A DNA stretch of 64,000 bases from Octopus vulgaris (GCA_951406725.2 OX597822.1:85374001-85438000), one strand, 5' to 3'. Shown: positions 40,807 through 55,200, numbered from the stretch's first letter. The notes: generated from the sequence alone by a model not told the origin. Made by a program: numbers and translations.

Positions 40807-41220
40807 GGCGGCGTGCTGGCAGAAATGTCAGCGCGCCGGGATAATTGCTTAGCGGTATTTCGTCTGCCGTTACGTTCTGAGTTCAAATTCCGCCGAGGTC
40901 AACTTTTCCTTTCATCCTTTCGGGGTCGATTAATTATGTACCATTTACGCACTGGGGTCGATATAATCGACTTAATCCGTTTGTCTATCCTTGTTTGTCC
41001 ACTCTATGTTTAGCTCCTTGTGGGTAGTAAAGAAATAGGTATTTCGTCCGTCTTTACATTCTGAGTTCAAATTCCGCCGAGGTCGACTTTTCCTTTAATC
41101 CTTTCGGCGTCGATTAAATAAGTACCAGTTACGCACTGGTGTCGATGGTATCGACTTAATCCCTTTGTCTGTCCTTGTTTGTTCCCTATTTGTTCAACCC
41201 CCTGTGGGCAATAAAGAAAT
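40807..41220 (+). mobile_element. Tandem SINE family 2 (full copy + 5'-truncated copy)
   Basis: GGCGGCGTGCTGGCAGAAATG.. then a second copy resuming at GGTATTTCGTCCGTC. Confidence 0.85.
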
Positions 41221-42149
41221 ATATATATATATATATTCACACACAGACACACACAAACAAACACACACATATATATAGTAAAAAACGTTGCCACACCCAA
41301 TTACTAAATGTAATCAATTTTTCTAAAGCACCTCTCCATAGGAACCAACCATAAAAATCTAATTACCACCCCTCTCAAACCCACAAACCCAAGGAAGATT
41401 TTCACTCAAATAGAGACTATATAAAGGCTATAGTAGCTCTGATGCATCACCGTCCGATGGTGGCTTAACTGGCCGATACTTCGAAGTCATTGTCAACACA
41501 TTTAGATTTTTACTCTTGTTTAAGAGTAATATATTTGTACTCTACAAAAATATAGGGTAACCCATCAGATTAATATAAATTGTTTTTATTATAACGGAAC
41601 ATCCCGGCGAAAGGGATCGACAGCCGACAGACCAGAATCCACAAACAGAGGCGATCTATGCGACCGAGTCTGTCATTCTCGCATTGGTCTCCATAGCCAC
41701 AGGAGGCGCTGCTCAAGTCGAGCGGCCCAACCTAGACAACAAATCGACGGACGTGATACCTACGGTCAGCCATGAACGAAGGTGGCCAAAAAAAAATGTG
41801 TGCATAAATATACATATATATCTTTTACTTGTTTCAGTCATTTGACTGCGGCCATGCTGGAGCACTGCCATGTATAATTTTTAGTCAATTGGATCGACCC
41901 AAGTACTTATTTTTTGTTAAGTCTGATATCCTATCGGTCTCTTTGGCCTAACCGTTAAGTTAAAGGGACGTAAAATATTTCAAGCCGGTGCCCCAGCATG
42001 GCCGTAGTCCAGTGACTGAAGCAAATAAAAAAAGTAATCGATAAAAAATGTTCCAGTAGAATACTGAATTAAATTCGATTACACTTTGATTAAAATTTGA
42101 TTTCAATCGACATCAATCAATCACCTTGACATATCAATGAGTTTTCTAT

Positions 42150-42297
42150 TGGCGTGGCTGAAGTTTGCTTTCCAACCACATGGTCCCAGGTTCAGTCCCA
42201 TTGCGTGGCAGTTTGGGCAACTATCTTCTATTATTGTCCCGGGCCGAGCAAAACCTATTGACTAGATATGGTAGACGGAAACTGAAAGAAACTCGCC

Positions 42298-42349
<52 letters not shown>

Positions 42350-42493
42350 TAATCCCTCGCGGATTTTTCTGGCTGATGTATGTAAATTTATATCTCAGAC
42401 TCCTCAGCATATCTGGGTTTCTACGGCCGATAGGTATTTATATTTTTTAGATTTTAATTATTTGGAACGTAACACCCGCGATAGTCGAGGGAT

Positions 42494-42583
<90 letters not shown>

Positions 42584-42792
42584 ATATGTATATGTTTGTG
42601 TCTGTGCTTGTTCCCCCACAATCGCTTGACAACCGATGTTGGTGTGTTCACGTCCCTGTAACTTAGCAGTTCGGCTAAAGAGACCGATAGAATAAGTACT
42701 AGGCTTAGAAAGAATAAGTGCTGGGGTCGATTTGTTCGACTAAAGGCGGTGTCCCAGCATGGCAGCAGTCTACTGACTGAAACGAGTAAAAG
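42150..42792 (+). mobile_element. SINE family 1 carrying a nested Tigger-like MITE
   Basis: SINE head and tail around internal (TA)n/(GT)n. Confidence 0.82.
42347..42498. mobile_element. Tigger-like MITE (same family as 31029-31256, opposite orientation)
   Basis: CAGTAATCCCTCG ... CGAGGGATTACT; inserted at the end of the SINE (TA)n. Confidence 0.82.
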
Positions 42793-43266
42793 ATTAACCG
42801 TACACATTGTCCACACATTGTCGTCTGTATTTCTAGAATCGCGTCAATCTTTCTCCTCTGCATTTTCTCCCCGAAGCCATCAACTTGACCTCTTTATCTT
42901 CTCCAAATAATAACACGTGTAAAAACAAATGATTATCATTTATGCTCCATCTTCACAAAATCCAACTTCAGTCAGTTCAAACTGGCTTAGTTTCCGTATT
43001 CTTTCTTTCTTCTATTTCTTGATTTCGCCATGTTTTTCAAACTTTCAAAAAACTGACCTTTCCTTTCTTTTTTCAATTTTTTTCTTCATGTTGATATTCT
43101 CTCAACTTCAACTTCTTTCTTTCCTTTGTTCTTTTTTTCTGATTATTTAAAAAAAAAAAGCTATTTTTTAATACATCACATGTCTTTTATATTTCTTCCA
43201 CATTTTCCCTTCCTTGCTGATTTCCTGGGGTGTAAATCTCTCCCTCTCTCTCTCTCTCTCTGTCTC

Positions 43267-43309
<43 letters not shown>

Positions 43310-43452
43310 ATCTATCTATCTAATTATCTATAAGTATATTTTTAGTAATTTATCTCTCGCTCAATAAATGCACACACACACGCACATACACACACACACA
43401 CATACGCACACACACACACACACGGTCGCACACACACTCGCACACGTACACG

Positions 43453-43483
<31 letters not shown>

Positions 43484-44537
43484 GCGCGCGCGCACATCTA
43501 TCCTTCCTCACACAAACTGACACACACATAGACATTATATATTTTTATTTGTTATTTATTCTCTCATACAAACACTCGCACTCACTCTCTCTCTCTCTCT
43601 CTCTGATCCACCTCTCTTCCTCTCCTTCTCTTTCTCCCTCTCACCCGCTCTCTTTCATTTCCTTATTCCTTTGTCTTTGTCAAACACACTAAACGGGTAT
43701 CTTCCCACCTGCGTGTAGTTTCGAATTGTTTGTTTGTTTGTTTTCCACCGAGGTGTCGACATTCCCGAGTTACATAACCTTTGTTTCCGCCACCGCCTCT
43801 TCTTCCGCCGCCGTCCTCCTTGCCATCGCCTCCTAATAGTCTAACAGTCACGTGTTTGGTTGTCGTTAGCGGCCGACCCCGTACCCAGCACCCACTTTCA
43901 TATCTTGCTTCGGGGCCAAATGATCTTCGCTATACGGACCACACAGTTTTTGTTGTTGTTGTTGTTGTTGTTGTATTAACTCTTGTTCCGTCTCCCAGCT
44001 GAGTCGTCGTATGGAAAACATCAAGGCTGCTTTCAAATGTCCCTTCCCAGTCGCTAAACTGTAACTAATTTGCGAAACGAAACGATGGAAGGGATACATT
44101 AAATGAGCCGCTAACCACTCGCCATAACCACGGGCAAATGTTTTGAGGTTGCGGCACCATAGATGGCGCTGTTCTGCTTAGATTTCTCTTGCGATGTGGT
44201 CTTCATAGAATGGATTTTAACGGGGAACTGAAGAGTGTGGGCAGGGATTGGTGGAGTGACATCGGCTCTGGTTACAATCGTGGGGCTCATTCATAACAGT
44301 TATGCTAGAAAGGGAGAGGGGGTCCATGTCGTATCTTTATTAAGACACAAATTCATCCATATTATAGTTTTAATCATTAATTTATTTTGTTTTTCTGTTT
44401 TTTCTGTTTTTGTTTGATGTTTGTATTTTAATTAAAGTCTTTATTTCTGGGAATCGTTTCATTCGTAAAACAGCAAGAGCGTCTGGACATTCCCAATTAA
44501 GGATGTGTGTGTGTGTGTGTTTGTGAGTGTACGTGCA

Positions 44538-44584
<47 letters not shown>

Positions 44585-44761
44585 ATGTGTATATATATGT
44601 CTGAGTATATGTGTGAGTGCCTGTGTGTGCATGTGTGTGTGAGCGTGTGTATATGTGTGTGTGAATATGTGTATGTATGTGTGCCTCTGTGTGTGCATAT
44701 ATGTGTGTGCGCGTGCGCGTGTGTGTATGTATGTGCGCGCGCGCGTGTATGTGTATGTGTG

Positions 44762-45545
44762 TGTGCAGGGATGGTTGTATGATTAAGGATCTCGCTTTCC
44801 AGACACTTGGTTTCAGGTTCAGTCCCACTGCGCGGCACCTTAACCAAATGTCCGAGAGCCAACAAATACCTTGTGAGTTAATTTGGTTGACGGAAACCGT
44901 ATGGAAGCCCGTCGTGCATATAGGTATATGTATGTGTATGTATAAACATATATATAGATATATGTATGCGTATATGTATATGTTAATATGTGTATATATG
45001 TATATGTGTATATATGTATACGTGTATATATGTATATGTATCTTCGTTTTCGTACTTGTGTTTACCTTACACCGCTTCGCAAATGGTGTTGGTTTGTTTA
45101 CGTCTCTGCAACTTAGCGATTCAGCAAAAGAGACCTGGAAAACAAGTATCAGATTGGATCTGTTCCTCTAAACAATTCACCGGGTGCTCCGGCATGGTCG
45201 CAGTCCCGTAACTGAAACAAATAAAACAAGAAAATATATGCTCGCGCGTAGGTCTGTGTGCGCGCGCGCGTAGAGACGCAGGCGTATGGTAAGAAGTTTA
45301 CTTACAAACCACATGGTTCCGGGTTCAGTCCTACTGCATGGCACCTTGAGCAAGTGCCTTCTACTATAGCTTCGGGCTGACCAAAGCCTTGTGAGTGGAT
45401 CTGGTAGATGGAAACTGAAAGAAGCCCGTCATATATATATATGTATATCTGTGTGTGTGTCGTTGTGCGTACATGTGTGTGTGTGTATGTGTCTGACTGT
45501 GTCTGTGTTTGTGCTCCCCCCCCACCACCACTTGACTACTGGTAC
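44762..45545 (+). mobile_element. Two SINE family 1 copies (44762-45230 diverged; 45275-45545 partial)
   Basis: Matches to family 1 head, core and tail. Confidence 0.75.
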
Positions 45546-45835
45546 TGGGGGAATAAAAGGCAATTTTGACGTCGATGGGAATTGAACTCAGTATCTAAAG
45601 TACTACAACAAACAGCGCAATGTATTTTTTCCTACACTCTACCGATTCTTTGAGTCCGCGAACCAAATACAGCAACAGATTTCGTCCGACGCTCTATCGA
45701 AGTTGCTCATCTATCGATCGACTTGTGACGATTCTAATAATATAAAATGTGACAATGTTCTTGCAGAATGCAACAAATACACAAACAACAGTGACTTCTA
45801 GTATCAATACAAAGCCAGAAATGCGTAGGAGAGGC

Positions 45836-45890
45836 ACAGTGGATTGAGGCACAATGGACTGAGGCACAATGGATTGAGACACGATGGATT
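45836..45890. repeat. 15-bp tandem repeat (~3.6 copies)
   Basis: CACAGTGGATTGAGG / CACAATGGACTGAGG / CACAATGGATTGAGA / CACGATGGATT. Confidence 0.85.
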
Positions 45891-46099
45891 AAATCGATCT
45901 GAGTAGCTCATAGAATGGATTAAACCGACCCAGGTACCTGAATGGTATTTTCCCTTTTTTTCCCCTGCAAAGTATAGCCAGTATTTGGTAGGACTTGGAT
46001 AGCACTAGAGATGTGCGCTTCTACTATGACTTTGTTTCCTCATAACCTTCTGGAAAATGGATATTTTTAAATAAAATTTTCAACAAACATGCCTTAGAT

Positions 46100-46628
46100 T
46101 AATGGTTCTCAACCGGGGTCTGTATGAATACATGAAATATTAGGCACAGAGTTGATTATGTGATAAGAAACTTGCTTACCAGCCACATGGTTCTGGGTTC
46201 AGTCCCACTGCATGGCACCTTGGGCCGACCAAAACCGTGTGTGTGGATTTGGTAGACGGAAACTGAAAGAAGCCCGTCATATATCTATCTGTGTGTGTAT
46301 GTGTGTGTGTATGGTTGTCCCCCACCATCGCTTGACAATCGATGTTAGTGTGTTTATGTCTCCGTAACTTAGCAGTTCGGACAAGGTGACCGATAGAATA
46401 AGTACCAGGCTTACAAAAAATATGTCCTGGGGTCGATTTCTTCGACTAAAACCCTTTAAGGTGATGCTCCAGGATGGCCGCAGTCACATGACTGAAACAA
46501 GTAAACGAATAAAGAATTCTTAATGCTATTTAATTATAAAAATTTAATGGGATTTTTTTTAAACTTCAAATAGCCATGGGGTGAACTAAAGAGGTCCATA
46601 GACGAAAAAAAATGGTTGAGAACCACTG
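46100..46628. mobile_element. hAT-like MITE with nested SINE family 1 (46142-46513)
   Basis: TIRs TAATGGTTCTCAACC / GGTTGAGAACCACTG (CAGTGGTTCTCAACC type). Confidence 0.75.
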
Positions 46629-47578
46629 TTTCGGATGGTGTGCATTACGATTCTATCGTTTTTCAATGCAAAAAACTTGGTAAGGGATCATAATTTATCC
46701 TCGTCAAAAAACACCTAATAATTTCACTCACGGCACATTCATTGGCTGATACTGCAGGCTGCAGGAGGAGATGCTTTTACATGATGCTACACGGTAAGAC
46801 CGAACCAGAAAGCATGTGGTTGCGAAACGAACAACCGCCCAGCCACATCGATATCTTTGCAAATAATACGTACCGAGTCCATGCGTTAATCGTTCATAGA
46901 AAGTATTGATGTGTCATGTAATCGCCCCAACAAGCCGCCAACATCGTTAGAACCACCACCACCACCACCACCACCACTACCACAAAACACTCACCAATTC
47001 CATCACCAACGACACCACCACCATTCAGCCACGACAACCGTCACCATTACCACCGTCACCGACAGCACCACGACAAACACCACCACTGCCTTTCAGCCAT
47101 GACAACCACCACCACCACCGCCAACAACAACAACAACAACAACAATACCACTACTACTACAAGCGGTTCAAAATATGTCTTCTGGCCAACAATGGAACTC
47201 TTTAACTTTTTAATCAATTGTCGTCAGTCTCAGAACAGAGTGCTAATGGCCTGGGAATGTAACATTTGGAAGTGTTTTCGCGAAGTGGGGGAAAATAGTA
47301 GAAGTAATAGAGAAAGGGTGAGGGAAGGAAGGGCGACAGAATGGTTGAGAGAGTGGGAGGGAGGGAGAAAGAGAATGAATAAAAGAGAAAGTGCTGGGAG
47401 GAGATGCTAAAAGAAGGGAAGAAGATTTAAAAGAAAGAGTTTAAAGTTTCTTGCTGGAGGCAAAAGTCTATTTTCGTCTTGGAAGGACTTTCTCTCAGCA
47501 ACAGTAAAACTATGTCACTGAAGCTAAACATTCATTGATGTAATTTTGGGCCCTGCTGTGGTTTTAAAACACACACAC

Positions 47579-47636
<58 letters not shown>

Positions 47637-47654
47637 CATACACACATTCATACA

Positions 47655-47995
47655 CGGCTATGTGGTAAGAAGCTTACTTCCCAATAACATGGTTCCGGGT
47701 TCAGTCCCATTGCGTGGAATCTTGGACGAGTGTCTTCCACTATAGCGTAGGGCCAACCAAAATCTTGCAAGTGGATTTGGTAGACGGAAACTGAAAGACA
47801 AACTGTGTTTGTTCCCCCATCACAGCTTGACAGCCTGTGTTGGTGTGTTTATGTCCCTATAACTTAACAGTTACCGATAAAAATAAATACCAGGCTTTAA
47901 AAATAAAGTGGTTGGGTCGATTAGTTCGAGTGAAATTCCTCAAGGTGGTGCCCCAACATGGCCACAGTCTAATGACTGGAACAAGTAAAAAAAAA
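47655..47995 (+). mobile_element. SINE family 1 lacking the internal microsatellite
   Basis: Family 1 match with the central segment deleted. Confidence 0.8.
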
Positions 47996-48012
47996 GAATA
48001 TATATATAATAT

Positions 48013-48102
<90 letters not shown>

Positions 48103-48199
48103 CTGAGAGAGAGAGAGGGAGGAGAGGACAGACAGACAGACAGATATACCTGCGTATTTCCACACACGTGTGTGTGAGAATATATTTTTAAAATGCGAA

Positions 48200-48400
48200 G
48201 GCGGCGAGCTGGTAGAATTGTTAGCACGCCGGGCGAAATGCTTAGAGGTATTTCGTCTGTCTACATTCTTAGTTCAAATTCCGCCGAGGTCGACTTTGCC
48301 TTTCATCCTTTCGGAGGTCGATAAATTAAGTACCAGTTGCGTACTGGGGTCGATCTAATCGATGGACCTCCTCCCCAAAAATTTCGGGCCTTGTGCCTTA
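48200..48400 (+). mobile_element. SINE family 2
   Basis: GGCGGCGAGCTGGTAGAATTGTTAGCACGCCGGGCGAAATG.. Confidence 0.88.
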
Positions 48401-48852
48401 AAGTATAGTTTTAAAATGCTATAAACCCTCTTTATTCTCTCTGGTTTTCTGCTTAGCTTTTCATTTCTTTTATTCATCCCAGTCCCCCCCCTCTCTCTCT
48501 CTCTCTCTCTCTTTCTCTCCCTCTCTCCCTCTATCATTCCTTCTCGCTCACTCTCATTCTCGCTCGCTCGTTTTATCTCTGTCGTATTTATCGATCAACT
48601 GAAAACTGAATTTCATTAACTTCTCTTCGTTTGTCGATAATCGAAATTCATATCTCTTTATCTTCTTATCACAATAGTTTTAACTGTCGCTTAGTTTAAT
48701 CGTCAATAATCTTGTCTCTTACTCTTTCATTTAATGGATTTTATGTACAGTTCAGTCTTTAATCATACATCACACACGCACGCACACACACACACACACA
48801 CACACATACACATATACTTACATACGTAATACACATGCATGTATATAGATAC

Positions 48853-50770
48853 ATATGATGGCCGTCCACTTGTGACCGAGGAAGACTATTGCTGACCTTC
48901 AGGAACATTGTGCGCTCTAGAACTAACTTATATTTTGCATTTGCGGATCCGTTGGTGGCTAATGAGCCCTGCTCTTGAAAAACATTGCAAACCAAGCTTT
49001 CCCTATTCATTTTCGGTACATTTTCGAACAGCATGCTTAAATTCTTCATGAAGAATACATGCTCTTTACCCGTTTCCTCCATCCAATGACAAGCATTGCT
49101 CTCCCAGACAACCTCCTACATTTCACAGGCCTTTAATGAGGACTTTACACAGTCCTTAAATCGCAGTCTTGGTTTCTGCCGGGGTCTCTTTCCACTAACA
49201 AGTTCCCCATATAGCATCTGGTTAGGGATCCTGCTATCCTTTATTCTAATAGGGTGTCCTGGCCAACGTAACCAATACTTGTGCACTATCACCTCAATAC
49301 TCAAGATATTAGCTTTCCTCGGGACCTGTGCGTCTGGAGTTTTTAAGATCCAGCCAACATTCAGAATGTCTCAGATATCTCTGATGGAAGCGTTCAAGGA
49401 CCTTTACATGACATTTGCAAAGGGTCCATATCTCACATGAGTAAAGGAGCGATGTCAGTACACATGCACGATACACAGCAATTTTTGTTTGCCGTGTGAT
49501 GCCATGCTGGGACCAGACACGAGACTGAATCAGTTGCTCTCTGCAGCCAGAAAGATATTTCATCATCCAAGGAGCAAGAACACCCGAGTGTGCTGCCCAG
49601 GTAGACAAACTTGTCTACCACTTTCAGTATTGTTCCTTCAACCAAGATAGCTGGTTCCACATATTGATTTCCTGGTGCAGGCTGGAACATTACAATAGTC
49701 TTTTCCAAGCTAATGTTGAGCCCAAATGCCTTGCAAGAAGCAGAAATACAATTCATAAGTATTTGCATGTCATCCACTGTATGAGTGACTAAGTCACAGT
49801 CATCTGCATAAAGGAGGTCACAAATAAAACTGGAAAAATTTTGAATTGGCAGCAAATCAGCGAAGATTTCTTCCTGCATCTCTCTTGTTATGAAAATCAT
49901 ATCTCTTGTCCCTCTGCCAGATCGGAAGCGACATTGACATTCAGATAGGACATCATTTACGAGACACCTATTCAGGCAGGTAAGAAGAAGAATTGCCAGA
50001 ACCTTACCAACAGCTGATAGTAGAGCAATACCTCCGTAGTTACCACACATTATTCTGGCTTCTTTTCCTTTATAGAGAGGAAGAACGACTGCATCATTCC
50101 AGTCCTTAGGTATTGCACCATCCCTCCAGACTACACTAGTACGTTCATGAAGGGACTGTGTGATGCGATCACCATCAAATCACAGGATCTCAGCACAAAA
50201 ACCATCCTCACCAGGTGACTTACCAGAATTTAACTTACTTAATGCTGTCATTACTTCATCTATTGGGGGGTATAGTATTTAAGGAGCCAATGGTAGGTCT
50301 TTGTTGCATAGTACCAATCACTGTTTCATCCACAACTGACTCATCGTTTACGAGTTTAGAGAAGTGTTCAATCCAGTGACCTGTGACTTTTGTTGATTTA
50401 GTAAATAGAGTGAAAGACTCCTTGGAGAGCAAAGGAACTGATGCAGGGCTCTTAGGCTCATAAACTTGCTTCATAAGATGGTAAAGCTTCTTGCTGTCAT
50501 TTGCATCAGTAGCAGCCTGAACATCACGAGCAAGATCCTCTCCTCTCACCTAGTGTTCTGCATCTTCCTGAGAGATCGCTGCAGTAATGATTTTACACTG
50601 CTATAGGGGGCAAATGCTAAAATTTGCTGCACAACTGAAAGTCCTCTGTGCAGCAATACATTGTGGGCATGACGCTTTACAACCAATACTCACTGAACTT
50701 CAGCATCATTTTCATCAAACCTAGTGTTTCAGCAGCACATTGAAGAAACTGGTCTCGAAAATCTTCCTAT
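48853..50770 (-). mobile_element. Degenerate RTE (BovB-like) LINE, RT region to 3' end
   Basis: CGNYGGIALLSAVGKVLA, QCRFRSGRGTRDMIF, LLYADD, FVYLGS, TKIAVYRACVLTSLLYSCEIW, RIPNQMLYGEL..RLRFKD; frameshifts and internal deletion; 3' end ..GGACGGCCATCATATGTAT. Confidence 0.9.
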
Positions 50771-51541
50771 ACTGTAGTATGCATGCATATATAAATATAT
50801 TTACATACATACATTCTGGAATGATAGCTTGTCTGTAATACTGTTATTTCCAGCAGTGAGGCCCTTGTCACCTCTTTTGAGAAAATGTCCGACCTGGAAT
50901 TGTATTTAGGTTAATATTCACAACACAAAGAAACAGTTACAACATTCTCTGAGAACATAGGAATGGAGTTTGGAAATGGCGTGTTCATATTTGATTGTCA
51001 GTCAAGGAAAGATCGACGTTGGCATAAACGGATTTGTATGAAATGGAGGAATGAGACAGGGACATAATGTCAGTAGAAAAGAATTTTTAGGAGTAGCATC
51101 GTATCACTCAGACATCATTGTTATAAAACGATAAAGGGAGAAATGAGTACATCACAGGCGTACTCAATGAAAATGAAAGTAATATAAGAGTAAGAAAAGA
51201 ATTCCTGAATAGTTGCTCTGAGTTTACATATATTCGATGTGACTCAATAGTATCTGGTATAGCCTATTCAAAGAGAAACTTGGAGGAGAAACACTCGTCA
51301 TATCAGCAGAATTCTACGAATGGATACCTATCTTAGTGTCTAGAGGACACCAACAACATTGTCAGCAATCGTAGCCTTTTCTGGACACAAAGAGTTAAAC
51401 CTAATCACCATAATCTCAACAGAGTTCGGAAGATATGGAAGTTGAAGCCATCTACCTGGTCATGTATCTGTAATCACCATCACATCTTACCTAGAAGGAC
51501 AAGACTTTGCTGTTCATGAATAAGTGACTGTATGCAAAACA

Positions 51542-51690
51542 TCATCAAGTATCGTCTGCTCTCATCAATTATCATCTGTTCTCATCAATTATCGTCTGCT
51601 CTCATCAAGTATTGTCTGCTCTCATCAATTATCATCTGTTCTCATCAATTATCGTCTGCTCTCATCAAGCATTGTCTGCTCTCAACAAGC
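51542..51690. repeat. 20-bp minisatellite with 60-bp higher-order periodicity
   Basis: Unit CTCATCAA(G/T)TAT(C/T)(G/A)TCTG(C/T)T; variant pattern recurs every third unit. Confidence 0.9.
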
Positions 51691-52024
51691 TGACTACCAC
51701 AGGTCGTTATCTTGCTCTTTCTTATGCTATCTTTATACATTTACAGTATTTCTTATTTCCTCCCTTTCTTCCCATTCATTTTACCTATCATTAACATTTT
51801 CTGAATTCTCTCTAATTAAGAGTCCAAATTATTTCAGTATCCATTCTTTGACAATTTCCTATAACATTTTCTTAGTTTTTTGCCATATTTTGTACACCAT
51901 CATTGGTTTTGTGTTCTATCTATATATTCTCAAAAGTCTCATATATGTCCACATCTTAAAGATTTGAAATCTAAAATTTAATAATATCTTCTGGTTTCGA
52001 TACTGATATTTTTTATTGTTTGTT

Positions 52025-52235
52025 AAGGCGGGAAGCTGGCAGAACCGTTAGCACGCCGGGAAAAATGCTTAGCGACATTTCGTTTGTCTTTACGTTCTGG
52101 GTTTAAATACCGCCGAGGTCGACTTTGCTTTTCATCCTTTTGGGGTTGATAAAAAATAGCAGCTGGGTACTGAGGTTGATTTAATTGACTTAACCCCTTC
52201 ACCCAATTTGTTGGCCTTATGCTAAAATGTGAAAC
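52025..52235 (+). mobile_element. SINE family 2
   Basis: Family 2 match. Confidence 0.82.
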
Positions 52236-55200
52236 CAATATTTCTAGTTGTTTGTATGCTTGGAATTTCCAAACTATTTCAATCCTTTGATTTCCGTTTC
52301 ACATTTCTATGTTTCTGATTCTATATTTCCCAGATATATCATCTCTGATATCTTTTCAAATGGATTCCCTCAATTCTAATATCTATTTTCGGTGCTTGTT
52401 ATTTCTTTTAGTTTACCATTGATTCTGTTTCTTTTACACTCATTTCTATACCATAGCTACCAAATGAAAGATCAACAGAGGACATAGAATACTCCCAAAT
52501 CGCCACTCAACAGTGGACATTACACTCACGCAACATTTTCATATTCTTCGTAGTGAGAGAAAATAGTGATAATCAGAGTGAAAAACACCAGACACGTCAC
52601 GTGGAATTGCCCCAAGCATAGCCACACAATGTACCACATTCTAATCAAACAGGACATGTTTATCGACAGGAAGGATTGTCCTGACTGTCAAAGAACAGTT
52701 AGGAACAGAATGTATTCACATAAAAAGAAGAAATGTTGGCGAGACATTCCCATAAAAACCGCTATTCTTCGCCAAAATGATAGATATGATATTGTTCTAC
52801 AGGGGAACGTCCAAAAGTCATGCGCTGTTGTTGAGATCAGCTGCTGCCCAGCCGATGTGAATGATGACTTCTCTAAAGTTGTTGACAAAGAGAACATCTA
52901 TGGTGAACTAATATGGAACGTACAGCCCTCGTATCTAAGCTCTAAATACTCATAGGCAACAGTCATCTTGAAGACATTGTGATACGGAACAGAATATTTG
53001 CCTACAACCCAGCAAACTGACACACATCTTTTCAATCCAGTTGATTAATGATGCATTAAAAATGTCTAAAACATTCCTAAAATTTTCTATTCGTGTTTTC
53101 GTAATAGCGTTTCTGAATATGACACTCGAACACACATGTTTGTATGAATGTTCACACAGGCACGAGAGCAATGTTAAACATTAGCAGATTATTCCCCCGG
53201 GTTAATTTAACTCAACCAATAAGTCGCACAGGTTTCATCTCCCGACCCGAGAAGACTGACCAATACCTTATCTGTTTGGCCAACTCACCGTTTCTAACCT
53301 TATAAATAATCTGATCGTCCACCATTAATCATGAACAATCATCAACTTGAACCTTCAAATTTGCAATAAATACAAGGTCTCGCCCTCACTAAGGGATTCT
53401 CTTATCGAAGGCAATGGCTGCTCCACAATGATTAGGTTTCTTCCTCTTCCAGGCCAGATAATACTTTATTCTTCAACCAGTTCGTGTGAAACCAATAACA
53501 GAATATTACTATCACATTTGAGATAGTGCTGATGCTTCATATACAGGCCTAGACTGCATCCTAAAGAGGCCAACCAATTCTCTTGAAGTTTCTCACCAAC
53601 AAACTCCAACCCCTAGCATATAATCCCCCCCCCCAACACATACACACACAAACATACACACTGCCTTTTCTATCTTTGAAACAATGGCTTCGGCTGCTCG
53701 GGGTGGATTGGTCTCCGGCCACTTCCCCTCGGACACTTTCTACTCATTCGTCTCCTTATTCGTGGTTCCAATCAACACCCTCCACTAATCGCTTCTGCTA
53801 CGAAGCTTTACTTCCCAGGTCGGCTTTCTACATTTCCCTTAATACACACCCTTTGTCTTAAGCCGTCAACATTAATGGTGTCCACCTCAGCGGTCTCGGA
53901 TGGTCAGTGAAAGCAGGGACAAAGCCCTTCCCCGGAGCCCGTCCCTTCCACAAGATAAAATAATAAAATATTAAATGACACGTAAACACGACACAGAAAA
54001 AAGAAACAGATAATATAATTTTCTAAGAAGCAGCCTGTTAGAAATAGTAGCCACATCTCTTTTAGATAACACTAAAGTTTATTTTAAAAGGGTGCCACAT
54101 GGGATGATATCATCCTGGAAGAACTGCAGTTGAAACTAAGAGACGTGAAGAAGATTCACTGATGAAGTTTTCGTCATAGGTCTACTCAAAATAACAACAC
54201 GTATGAATACCAGAAAGATTTAAATATTTAATGAAAGCGAAAACTCTTACAACTTGAAACTCGGGGAAAGATAAAGAGGTCGAGAAAGTTCACCCAAGAA
54301 TTCCCAGATATAAGCGTGCGTTCGCACGCATACAGACACAAACACACACACTCACACACATACACATATGTGTCTATATATATTCATGTATTTGTTTCTA
54401 TAAAAATATACTTATACGCATATGTGCGTGTGTGTACACGTATGCATATATATGTGTCTGTATGGAAAGATAGTCACTCATCTGCAACTCATTGCAACAT
54501 GAAAGAAATTGGAATTCGATGATTACTTAATGCACTTCATGTATTTATGCACAATTTTATAGGCTTAACACACAACACTCATAAAATAAACATTCACTCT
54601 TATTTTTCCATTTTCCCCATAAACAAAAAAAATACCCAGTACATATGATACAACCTTTACTTAAATTGCATATATCTGCCACGTAAATAAGCGTCAATAT
54701 TTCACGGAATTGCACTTATGCGCATGCGTTAAGTGATATAAAAACTTAGTTCAATATTTAAAAAATACACTTTTCACTATCCAATCACCACCGCCTCCAC
54801 CACCACCACCTCCATCTCCACCACCGCTGTCATCATCTCTCTTTTCCCCTCTGCCTCTCCCTCATCTCTCTCCCCTATTTCTCTCCCTTTTTTCTCTCTC
54901 TCTCTCTCCTCTTTCTGTGCCTTTCTTTAACCTCACCATCAGAACATCACCCCCTGCTAAAATTATTACATCCCCCCTACCTCACGTCATGAACGCTTCT
55001 CTCTCTCTCTCACTCTCTCTTCCCCCTCTCTCTCTCTCTCATTTTCCTTCTCTCTCTTTCTGTCTCACTCTTCGCCTTATCCTCTTATCCTCTCTCCTTT
55101 TTCTTTCTCCTCTCTTCCCCTTCGACTAATCACGTGAAAGCGTTACAATTACATTCCCTCTACCTCATGTCATGGATGCTTCTCTCTCCCTCTTTTCGCT

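Larger units (their letters stand above)
50820..53000 (+). mobile_element. Highly decayed R4/Dong-like LINE interrupted by other repeats
   Basis: DSLSVILL (~50823), FSENIGMEFG (~50945), and VVEISC(C)PADVN..KVVDKENIYGELI (52826-52915) homologous to ORF 4089-4670. Confidence 0.6.

Noticed and set aside
53200-53880. Possible decayed PLE GIY-YIG region on the + strand
   Set aside because: Motif remnants too eroded to call as a feature
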